A stretch of DNA of 20,000 nucleotides from an uncultured virus (IMG/VR IMGVR_UViG_3300022927_000007) (taxonomy: Duplodnaviria > Heunggongvirae > Uroviricota > Caudoviricetes): the IMG/VR virus record IMGVR_UViG_3300022927_000007; one strand, 5' to 3'. Under the pieces are notes generated by a model that had not been told where the DNA came from, did no database searches, and saw nothing but the letters and a program-made list of their open reading frames with translations. Position 1 is the first letter of the stretch. The number at the start of each line of letters is the position of its first letter. Shown here one piece after another: positions 8,734 through 16,502 of the stretch. Position numbers and translations under genes: made by a program.

Positions 8734-9621
8734 ATGGATATGAAAAAAATCTTACAAAATATGGACGCGGCAGCCGTCGGCAACAAACCTTTCAAAGGTG
8801 ACGAAAATTATAACGATATGAAAAAGATCTTAGAAGGGTTGAACAAAGTAAATCAACAACCAACTAAGCAAGTTATTAATGAATCAGCATCAATGAATAT
8901 TAGCATGACAGCAGATGACGCAAGTCAAGTTGGTGAACTAATGGCATTAATGCGTAATGCAGGTATGAATCCGCAACCAGTAGGAAATGCATTTATAGAT
9001 AATCCAAACATCCCAGGACGTGACGATGTACCAGGAGACCAAGATCTAAAAGCAGGAGCACTTGGCTCTGCTGTAGGAGCAGGCTTAGGTGCAATGGCAG
9101 GCGGACCAATTGGCGCGGCAGTAGGCGGCGGCATTGGTTCAGCACTAACAAGCGATGATCATGACGATCCAAATATTCCAGGAAAAGATGATGTACCGGG
9201 TGACCAAGATCTACAAGCAGGAATGGGTGGATCATTAGCAGGCGGATTATTAGGCGGAGCGGCTGGACAAGTAGCAGGCGCACCAGCAAGTGCCGCATTA
9301 GGTGCCGCAGGAACAGCATTAGGAACAGCAGTTGGCGGACCAGTTGGCGGAGCAATTGGTGGCGCGGCAGGCAGAGCAATTCCAGCACTAGCAGGCTCAG
9401 TGGTTGGTTCAAAAATTGGTGACAAACTAACAGGCGAAGATTACGAAAACGAGCCAGACGAAGATTATAGACCAGCTTCAGATATGGTTAGAGGCGGTAA
9501 CGATATTAATAAGTCTAAAAAATCATATCCACCAGTAGCAGGCGGAGATAATCCAATGGCAATAAAAGATAAAATTAAAGAAGAGTTATCAGCACTTTAC
9601 AAACAATTTCAAAATAAGTAA
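8734..9621 (+). CDS. Hypothetical protein with duplicated acidic module and glycine zippers
   Basis: 295-aa ORF with GGGAG RBS, ending just before a terminator. Two D.PNIPG.DDVPGDQDL.AG repeats are each followed by GxxxG runs. Confidence 0.8.
   Translation: MDMKKILQNMDAAAVGNKPFKGDENYNDMKKILEGLNKVNQQPTKQVINESASMNISMTADDASQVGELMALMRNAGMNPQPVGNAFIDNPNIPGRDDVPGDQDLKAGALGSAVGAGLGAMAGGPIGAAVGGGIGSALTSDDHDDPNIPGKDDVPGDQDLQAGMGGSLAGGLLGGAAGQVAGAPASAALGAAGTALGTAVGGPVGGAIGGAAGRAIPALAGSVVGSKIGDKLTGEDYENEPDEDYRPASDMVRGGNDINKSKKSYPPVAGGDNPMAIKDKIKEELSALYKQFQNK
8998..9222 (+). repeat. Imperfect in-frame 60-bp direct repeat (8998-9057 and 9163-9222)
   Basis: Encodes DNPNIPGRDDVPGDQDLKAG and DDPNIPGKDDVPGDQDLQAG (17/20 aa identical), with several synonymous differences. 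Confidence 0.9.
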
Positions 9622-9646
9622 TAATAAACTCTACTACTACTAACTC

Positions 9647-9673
9647 AATACCCGCTTCGGCGGGTATTTTTTT
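9647..9673 (+). terminator. Rho-independent terminator with cUUCGg tetraloop
   Basis: AATACCCGC-TTCG-GCGGGTATT followed by TTTTT. UUCG loops are typical of T4-like terminators. Confidence 0.93.
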
Positions 9674-9674
9674 G

Positions 9675-9682
9675 GTTAAATA
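9675..9682 (+). promoter_or_regulatory. Late promoter box for large terminase, 5 nt before ATG
   Basis: GTTAAATA-GTATT-ATG immediately after the terminator. Confidence 0.7.
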
Positions 9683-9687
9683 GTATT

Positions 9688-11277
9688 ATGGCATCATCAT
9701 TAGACGGCGTCTTAATTAAGAAGGCGAATAAAAAAGAAACATTCACTGACACACAGATTGAAGATCTTGCAAAGTGTATGGATCCAACAAACGGTTATAT
9801 GCACTTTGCTAAAAAGTTTGCATTCATTCAGCACCCCGTAAAAGGAAAACTGTTGTTTGCACCGTTTGACTATCAAGAACGTCTACTAAAAAGTTATCAT
9901 GATTTTCGATTTAATATTAACATGTTGCCTAGACAAACGGGCAAAACAACGTGTGCCGCAGTATATCTAGCATGGTATGCAATGTTCCACCCAGATCAAA
10001 CAATACTAATTGCCGCACACAAGTATACAGGTGCACAAGAAATTATGCAACGTATTCGATATGTTTATGAATGCTGTCCGGATTATATTAGAGCAGGTGT
10101 TACAAGTTATAACAAAGGTAGCATTGAGTTTGAAAATGGAAGTAGAATTGTTAGTGCAACAACAACTGAAAATACTGGCCGTGGTATGAGTATCTCGTTG
10201 CTATATTGTGATGAGTTTGCATTTGTTGGTCCTAATATTGCTACTGAGTTTTGGACTGCTATTTCACCTACACTAGCAACAGGTGGTCGCGCTATTATTA
10301 CAAGTACACCAAACAGTGATGAAGATACATTTGCAATGATTTGGAAAGAGTCACAAAATAAATTTGATGAATACGGCAATGAACAAGAATTAGGTGTAAA
10401 CGGCTTCCATGGATTTACATGTAATTGGGACGAACATCCTGATCGTGATGACGAATGGAAAAAACAAGAAATTGGACGTATTGGTGAAGAACGTTTCCGT
10501 CGTGAGTATGGATGTGAGTTCTTAGTATATGATGAAACATTAATTAATGCTATCAAATTAGCTGGAATGGAAGGGACTCCTCCATTAATGAATATGGGTC
10601 AAACTAGATGGTATTCAAAACCAACAGCAGATCAAAATTATGCCGTTGCACTTGATCCAGCAATGGGTACCGGCGGAGATTATGCCGCAATACAAGTTTT
10701 TGAATTACCTAGTTACAGACAAATTGCAGAGTGGAGGCATAATGAAACTGCTATTCCTGCACAAATTAGAATTTTAAAAGATATCTGTCAGCATATTAAA
10801 GATAGTTGTAACACATCTGGTACTAATATATATTGGAGCGTTGAAAACAATAGTATTGGCGAAGCCGCACTTATTGTTATTAATGACTTTGGTGAAGAAA
10901 ATATACCTGGATTATTTGTAAGTGAACCTATTCGCAAAGGACATGTTCGCAAGTTCCGTAAAGGATTTAATACTACACACGGCACTAAAATTACAGCATG
11001 TAGCAGACTAAAAACTATGATTGAAAACGATAAAATGAAGATTAATAGTTCTGCACTAATTACAGAACTTAAAGGATTTGTTGCTACAGGTACTAGTTTT
11101 AAAGCAAAAACAGGCGCCACAGATGACTTAATAAGTGCTACATTATTAGCTATTAGAATGATGGCAGTATTAAAAGATTGGGATCCGAGAATATATAACA
11201 CATTTAACCAATCTGATACAGATTATGAAGATTACGAGCCGCCGATGCCGATCTTCGTTACAGGCGGTTTAGGATAA
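9688..11277 (+). CDS. Terminase large subunit (gp17-like)
   Basis: Adenine-binding YQ, Walker A PRQTGKTT, Walker B LLYCDEFAFV, motif III ITSTPN, FRREYGCEF, nuclease ALDPAMGTGGDY and TDDL. Confidence 0.96.
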   Translation: MASSLDGVLIKKANKKETFTDTQIEDLAKCMDPTNGYMHFAKKFAFIQHPVKGKLLFAPFDYQERLLKSYHDFRFNINMLPRQTGKTTCAAVYLAWYAMFHPDQTILIAAHKYTGAQEIMQRIRYVYECCPDYIRAGVTSYNKGSIEFENGSRIVSATTTENTGRGMSISLLYCDEFAFVGPNIATEFWTAISPTLATGGRAIITSTPNSDEDTFAMIWKESQNKFDEYGNEQELGVNGFHGFTCNWDEHPDRDDEWKKQEIGRIGEERFRREYGCEFLVYDETLINAIKLAGMEGTPPLMNMGQTRWYSKPTADQNYAVALDPAMGTGGDYAAIQVFELPSYRQIAEWRHNETAIPAQIRILKDICQHIKDSCNTSGTNIYWSVENNSIGEAALIVINDFGEENIPGLFVSEPIRKGHVRKFRKGFNTTHGTKITACSRLKTMIENDKMKINSSALITELKGFVATGTSFKAKTGATDDLISATLLAIRMMAVLKDWDPRIYNTFNQSDTDYEDYEPPMPIFVTGGLG

Positions 11278-11280
11278 ATA
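11273..11280 (+). promoter_or_regulatory. Late promoter box, 5 nt before ATG
   Basis: GATAAATA-TTAAT-ATG, overlapping the terminase stop codon. Confidence 0.62.
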
Positions 11281-11285
11281 TTAAT

Positions 11286-13523
11286 ATGAAAAACCTTGAT
11301 ACAGTTGCAGAAGAATTATTTAATAAGATTAGGGGTAGATTTCCTAGTGTAACAGTGGGCGATGAAAGTGCCACTATTACTAATCAGCCTAATACAGGTA
11401 GATTTTTTGAATTTACTTTTGCAAGCGGTAAAAAAGTAAATATATCATTGAATGAAAAAGATTTAACTATTATGTATAGTAAAAATCTTTTTGGCGAAGA
11501 TGAGAATGTTTTAAAAGATAAATGGTTTGATTTTTTAAAAGAGTTAAGACAATTTGCAAAGAAGAGAATGCTTAATTTTGATACAAGAGATATTAATAAA
11601 TCAAACTTAGATAAACGAGATTATGAATACCTTAGCACGGAGAAACAAATGAGCGAATCAAAGATGTATGGTACTAGTAGAACTAGTTACCAAGACGTAG
11701 GAACAGCAAGAATGGTAGTAAAACATGCTGGCCCAGTTAACCACGAAAATGCCGCAGGACGTACACAAAACGTACATAGCATTTATATCGAAAGTGACGG
11801 CGGAGAGAGATTTAAATATCCTTATCGTCATCTAAACGGTGCAAGAGCAATGACAAGACACGTTGCGGAAGGCGGAACACCTTACGATGACTTTGGTAAA
11901 CATATTACAGGACTTTCTGAAGAACTAGTAAACCTACGTAAATTTAAAACATACATGAATCGCTCAAGTGTAATGGCAGAAGGCTTACTAGGGTATATGG
12001 ATATAGTTAATGAAAGACTTAATACAGTTAAAAAGACTGTTGAAATGCTTCAAAGAGAAAACTTCTATAAAGAAAGTGTTAGTACTTTTAAAACAGCCGT
12101 GCTAGAAGATGTTCCAGAAGATGTTTCAAATACTTGGATTGATGAATTAACTATTAAACAGTTTAACGAAGAATTAAAAGGTGTATTTCCTTATATCTAT
12201 AAACTAGTAAGTGAAGCAAACAAAGTTGAAGAAATTGGTCCAGATGAACTATTAGGCGAAAGAGACGACCTTGCTAATCAAGTTGCAAGAGAATTGTTTG
12301 ACCAAGGTGTGCGTTATAATAGCGTCGAAGACGAAGACAAAATTCATGATATGATGATTGACATGGGCTATGGTAAGTACATGAACGACAGAAATTTTGA
12401 AGGTGAAGTTTTTGACGATCTAGCAGGCATGGGCGGCGAGGATGATGACGACGGACAACCTAGTTCATATGACGAGTATCAAGATCTACATGGCGGTGAT
12501 GATTGGGATCACGGACAATACGATATGGAAAGTGCATACGAGGCACATTTAGAGTCAATTATTAGTAATGCGAAACACGAGAAGGATCCTACTATGGAAA
12601 AAACAAAACAATTTGAAATGTTTAAAGAACAAATGGCAATTTCGTCAATTGTTGGTTTAAAAGAATTTAATTTTAATAATAAAACAATTACAGTTAACAT
12701 GGATAGTAAATTGGCAGAACAAGTACTTGCTGAAAATCCACTAAGATGGATTGCACAAGGCGCGGCAAAACTTTTACCATCCGTTGGTGCAGGCGCAAGA
12801 CAAGGACTAGATGACATTGCTCGCGCGGCAACGTCCGGAGCAAGCAAAGCGGCCCAAGGTGCAAGAACAGCGGCTCAGGCAGCGGCACCAGCAGTGGGCC
12901 AAGCGGCAAGAACTACTGGACAAGCAATCGGTAAAGGCGCGGCAGCAACAGCTGGAGCAGTTGGTAGAAACGTAGTACAGCCTGCGGCTAAGGCAGCTGG
13001 CACTGTTGGAGCAATTGGCGGCGGAGCATACTTAGCAGGCGATCAATTAATGGGCGCGGCAGGTGATGCTATTGCGGCAGCTGGTGATAAAATTGTAACA
13101 TCAGCAGGTGACTTAACAGCGGCTCTAGGAGATCAACTAGCAGGAATGGTTCCAAATATTGGCGAAATTGGTGCAATGGCAGCAAAATATGCCCTCCCAG
13201 TAGGACTAGTAATTGCGGCAATTTTTGGCGGTTCTAAATTATTAGGGTACTTGTTTGGCGGCAAAGACGAAAAAGAAGGTATCGAAGACAAGATGAACAA
13301 GAGAAGCGAAACGAACAACGATGTTCCGCTTGAAGAGTTTGTTAAAAGTATGTATGATTATACTCGCAATAGTTTTCCAAAAGGTGAAACAGCAGTATTA
13401 ACACAAGTTCAAAAACAGTATGGTGATCATGCTGTAGATGAAGCTCAATCAGTAATGTCACAATTAGTGAGCGGGCAAGACGAAGAAATGGCTCGTATTC
13501 AGCATCTAGCAGGCGTACGATAA
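11286..13523 (+). CDS. Large hypothetical modular protein (745 aa), probably late/virion-associated
   Basis: Long ORF: globular N-terminal ~310 aa, an acidic insert, then a ~175-aa Ala/Gly-rich segment ending in a hydrophobic stretch. C-terminus EMARIQHLAGVR. Confidence 0.8.
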   Translation: MKNLDTVAEELFNKIRGRFPSVTVGDESATITNQPNTGRFFEFTFASGKKVNISLNEKDLTIMYSKNLFGEDENVLKDKWFDFLKELRQFAKKRMLNFDTRDINKSNLDKRDYEYLSTEKQMSESKMYGTSRTSYQDVGTARMVVKHAGPVNHENAAGRTQNVHSIYIESDGGERFKYPYRHLNGARAMTRHVAEGGTPYDDFGKHITGLSEELVNLRKFKTYMNRSSVMAEGLLGYMDIVNERLNTVKKTVEMLQRENFYKESVSTFKTAVLEDVPEDVSNTWIDELTIKQFNEELKGVFPYIYKLVSEANKVEEIGPDELLGERDDLANQVARELFDQGVRYNSVEDEDKIHDMMIDMGYGKYMNDRNFEGEVFDDLAGMGGEDDDDGQPSSYDEYQDLHGGDDWDHGQYDMESAYEAHLESIISNAKHEKDPTMEKTKQFEMFKEQMAISSIVGLKEFNFNNKTITVNMDSKLAEQVLAENPLRWIAQGAAKLLPSVGAGARQGLDDIARAATSGASKAAQGARTAAQAAAPAVGQAARTTGQAIGKGAAATAGAVGRNVVQPAAKAAGTVGAIGGGAYLAGDQLMGAAGDAIAAAGDKIVTSAGDLTAALGDQLAGMVPNIGEIGAMAAKYALPVGLVIAAIFGGSKLLGYLFGGKDEKEGIEDKMNKRSETNNDVPLEEFVKSMYDYTRNSFPKGETAVLTQVQKQYGDHAVDEAQSVMSQLVSGQDEEMARIQHLAGVR

Positions 13524-13550
13524 ATTTTTTCAAAAAAGTCAAAATAATAC

Positions 13551-13579
13551 TTGACTTTATATAAGTAAGACTGTATAGT
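13551..13579 (+). promoter_or_regulatory. Sigma70-type promoter for the SSB/recombination operon
   Basis: TTGACT (13551-13556), 17-nt spacer, TATAGT (13574-13579), with A tracts upstream. Confidence 0.78.
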
Positions 13580-13666
13580 AGTAACTGTGCTATACAAAAA
13601 AAGGCACAAAGAGTAGCAATAATGTTACTCTTGCACATAGGCATTAACATTTAGGAGGCATTAACT

Positions 13667-14650
13667 ATGGCATCATTAGCAGAAATCCGAGCAAAGCTCA
13701 AAGAACAAGAAGCCGGCACAGGCAACAACCGCTCATCAGGTGGCGACAACGCAATTTACCCATTTTGGAATATCAAAGAAGGCGAGAGCGCAACGTTCCG
13801 TTTCCTTCCAGATGGCGACGATACAAACACTTTCTTCTGGAAAGAACGTTTGATGATCAAACTTCCTTTTGCAGGTGTAAAAGGTCAGACTGATTCGCGT
13901 CCTGTGCAAGTACAAATTCCATGTATGGAAATGTATGGCGAAACTTGTGAAATTCTAAACGAAGTTCGAGGTTGGTTTAAGGATCCTAGTCTAGAAGACA
14001 TGGGTCGTAAATATTGGAAAAAACGTTCATACGTATTCCAAGGTTTTGTAACTGACAATCCTTTGTCAGAGGATACAACTCCAGAAAATCCAATCCGTAG
14101 ATTTATCATTGGACCACAAATTTTCCAAACTATTAAAGCGGCACTTATGGATCCAGACATGGAAGAATTACCAACAGATTACACTGCTGGTGTAGACTTC
14201 CGTCTTAATAAGACATCTAAAGGCGGCTATGCTGACTATGGCACATCAAATTGGGCTCGTAGAGAGCGTCCATTAGGTGATGCTGAAATGAATGCAATCA
14301 ATACACATGGATTGTTTAATTTGTCAGACTTCCTTCCAAAGAAACCAGGTGAAGTTGAAATTAAAGTGATGAAAGAAATGTTTGAAGCGTCAGTAGACGG
14401 TGAAGCATTTGACATGGATCGTTGGGGTCAATACTTCCGTCCAGCAGGTATGGCACAGCGTACAGGTGATCCAAACACTCCTGCGGCAAGTACTCCGGCT
14501 CCAGTAGCATCTCAGGCAGCACCTACTCCAACAGCAGAAGCAACTCCAGCACCAGTAGCTGAAGTAGCGCCTGCAACAGAGGAAGCACCTAAGACTGAAA
14601 ACAAGGCAGAAGATATTCTGTCAATGATTAGAGCACGTCAATCGCAATAA
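13667..14650 (+). CDS. Single-stranded DNA-binding protein (gp32-like)
   Basis: PFW...ATFRFLPDGD, RKYWKKRSY, FIIGPQIF, G.DFRLNKTSKGGYADY.TS and an Ala/Pro/Thr linker. AGGAGG RBS, upstream of UvsX. Confidence 0.85.
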   Translation: MASLAEIRAKLKEQEAGTGNNRSSGGDNAIYPFWNIKEGESATFRFLPDGDDTNTFFWKERLMIKLPFAGVKGQTDSRPVQVQIPCMEMYGETCEILNEVRGWFKDPSLEDMGRKYWKKRSYVFQGFVTDNPLSEDTTPENPIRRFIIGPQIFQTIKAALMDPDMEELPTDYTAGVDFRLNKTSKGGYADYGTSNWARRERPLGDAEMNAINTHGLFNLSDFLPKKPGEVEIKVMKEMFEASVDGEAFDMDRWGQYFRPAGMAQRTGDPNTPAASTPAPVASQAAPTPTAEATPAPVAEVAPATEEAPKTENKAEDILSMIRARQSQ

Positions 14651-14660
14651 GATAACAACA

Positions 14661-14692
14661 CCCCTAGGCTTGCTATATAGGCAGCCTGGGGG
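14661..14692 (+). other. GC-rich intergenic hairpin between SSB and UvsX
   Basis: CCCCTAGGC-T-TGC-TATATAG-GCA-GCCTGGGGG: 12 bp including one G-U pair, with a 1-nt bulge and only a weak U tract. Confidence 0.7.
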
Positions 14693-14721
14693 CACTTTCT
14701 AACTTTAATATAGGAGAAACA

Positions 14722-15807
14722 ATGGCTAAATCATTTGATGTTAGTAAGTTCCGCAAGGACTTGACTAAAAGTATCTCAGGCATGAGTGCTGGATTTAACG
14801 ATCCTACTGATTGGATTTCAACAGGATCATATGCATTAAACTATCTTATCTCAGGAGACTTTCATAAAGGTGTTCCGCTTGGTAAGGTAACTGTGTTTGC
14901 AGGTGAATCAGGAGCAGGTAAATCTTACTTTTGCTCAGGTAACATTGTAAAACACGCACAAGATCAAGGCATCTTTGTAGTACTAATTGACTCAGAGAAC
15001 GCACTTGATGAAGCATGGCTACAGGCTCTCGAAGTTGACACAAGTGAAGAAAAACTTCTTAAACTTAATATGTCAATGATTGACGATGTAGCAAAAACCA
15101 TTTCAACATTTATTACAGACTACAAAGCAATGGCGGAAGAAGACCGTCCTAAAGTATTGTTTGTAATTGACTCACTAGGTATGTTGCTAACGCCTACAGA
15201 TGTTGATCAGTTTAACAAAGGTGATATGAAAGGTGATATGGGTCGTAAGCCTAAAGCACTAACATCACTTGTACGTAATACTGTTAACATGATTGGCTCG
15301 TTGAACGTTGGACTAGTGTGTACTAATCACACATATGCATCGCAAGATATGTTTGACCCAGATGACAAGATTTCAGGTGGTTCAGGCTTTATCTATGCAA
15401 GTTCGATTGTAGTTGCAATGAAGAAGTTGAAACTTAAAGAAGACGAAGACGGCAACAAGATCTCAGATGTTATGGGTATCCGTGCTGGTTGTAAAGTAAT
15501 GAAGACACGCTATGCAAAACCGTTCGAAGGTGTGCAGGTTAAGATTCCTTATGAAACTGGTATGAATCCTTATAGCGGTCTTATTGAATTATTTGAGAAA
15601 AAAGGCTTGTTAGAAAAGCAAGGCAATCGACTCAAGTATGTTGACTTAGCCGGCAATGAACATCTTGATTATCGTAAGGCATGGATGTCTCCTGAGAAGA
15701 TGGATTTAATTATGTCGGAATATAACGAGAAAATGACTCCTGTGGTAAATACCCAAGATGACATCGTTGATGACGATGTTGAAATTGAAATTACAGAACA
15801 GGAGTAA
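14722..15807 (+). CDS. uvsX: RecA-like recombinase (UvsX)
   Basis: WISTGSYALNYLISG, Walker A GESGAGKS, IDSENALD, Walker B FVIDSLG, TNHTY, SGG.GFIYASS. Confidence 0.93.
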   Translation: MAKSFDVSKFRKDLTKSISGMSAGFNDPTDWISTGSYALNYLISGDFHKGVPLGKVTVFAGESGAGKSYFCSGNIVKHAQDQGIFVVLIDSENALDEAWLQALEVDTSEEKLLKLNMSMIDDVAKTISTFITDYKAMAEEDRPKVLFVIDSLGMLLTPTDVDQFNKGDMKGDMGRKPKALTSLVRNTVNMIGSLNVGLVCTNHTYASQDMFDPDDKISGGSGFIYASSIVVAMKKLKLKEDEDGNKISDVMGIRAGCKVMKTRYAKPFEGVQVKIPYETGMNPYSGLIELFEKKGLLEKQGNRLKYVDLAGNEHLDYRKAWMSPEKMDLIMSEYNEKMTPVVNTQDDIVDDDVEIEITEQE

Positions 15808-15810
15808 TAT

Positions 15811-16044
15811 ATGGACAGTGGTTTAATCGTTGACATTTGGAATACGTTTAAAGAAGCAGTTGATAAAAAACAGATCGAAACTGTAGCCGAAAGATTTGTA
15901 GATGTATGTGCAGATTACGGTGCAGACGATACACATTTTAGAGACTCAATGGGAGCATGTGATATCTTAGATAGTGCAATCTCTTACTACTTAGATGAAG
16001 AACCAGATGATTATGATGTCGAAGATGACGGCTGGGATGAATGA
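15811..16044 (+). CDS. Small acidic hypothetical protein
   Basis: 77 aa with AGGAG RBS, tightly packed between uvsX and uvsY. D/E-rich tail. Confidence 0.75.
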   Translation: MDSGLIVDIWNTFKEAVDKKQIETVAERFVDVCADYGADDTHFRDSMGACDILDSAISYYLDEEPDDYDVEDDGWDE

Positions 16045-16502
16045 TTATGGGATGGTACAGCGAAGTTAGCCGTAACATTAATAAGATTCCAGATGCGATT
16101 GCATACTTTGAAACTGAATTAGTGAAAGCTAGGCATGAGTGTAAGTTATCAGGCAATGTAGAACGAGCCGCGGCGGAAATGCCTGGCATTGTTGAGCATC
16201 GGTTTAATCAACTTCAAGAAATTGAAGCAATCCTTAATTACCTAAATATTGAGCTACGCAGATTGCGTAGCTCATATTTTAAAAAATATCTTGAAAATTA
16301 TCAGCGAGCTCTATCTAGTCGTGACGTTGAAAAATACGTTGACGGTGAAACAGACGTAGTTGACTATGAAAAGATTATTAACGAGTTTGCACTTATGCGG
16401 AACAAATGGTTAGGTGTGTTAAAAGCACTTGATCAAAAACAATGGCAAATTACCAATGTCGTTAAACTAAGAGTTGCGGGCATGGAAGATGCATCAATAT
16501 AA
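16041..16502 (+). CDS. uvsY: Recombination mediator protein (UvsY-like)
   Basis: Helical ~150-aa protein near uvsX. DVEKYVDGE.DV and LKALDQKQWQITNVVKLR resemble the UvsY C-terminal pattern. The start may be 16047. Confidence 0.65.
   Translation: MIMGWYSEVSRNINKIPDAIAYFETELVKARHECKLSGNVERAAAEMPGIVEHRFNQLQEIEAILNYLNIELRRLRSSYFKKYLENYQRALSSRDVEKYVDGETDVVDYEKIINEFALMRNKWLGVLKALDQKQWQITNVVKLRVAGMEDASI

Noticed and set aside
8998..9222. Direct repeat considered as CRISPR or mobile-element ends
   Set aside because: Only two copies, in frame, with synonymous divergence: a protein-level duplication.
9631..9645. Short (CTA)n run before the terminator
   Set aside because: Too short to be significant.
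9688..11277. Intein or intron in terminase (also checked in uvsX)
   Set aside because: Lengths are normal, motifs are contiguous, and there is no C...HN-(C/S/T) splice signature or frame break.
15744..15751. Intragenic TAAATA boxes (e.g. GGTAAATA near the end of uvsX and others inside coding regions)
   Set aside because: The hexamer is expected often by chance in this AT-rich DNA. Without intergenic position or fixed spacing these cannot be supported as promoters.
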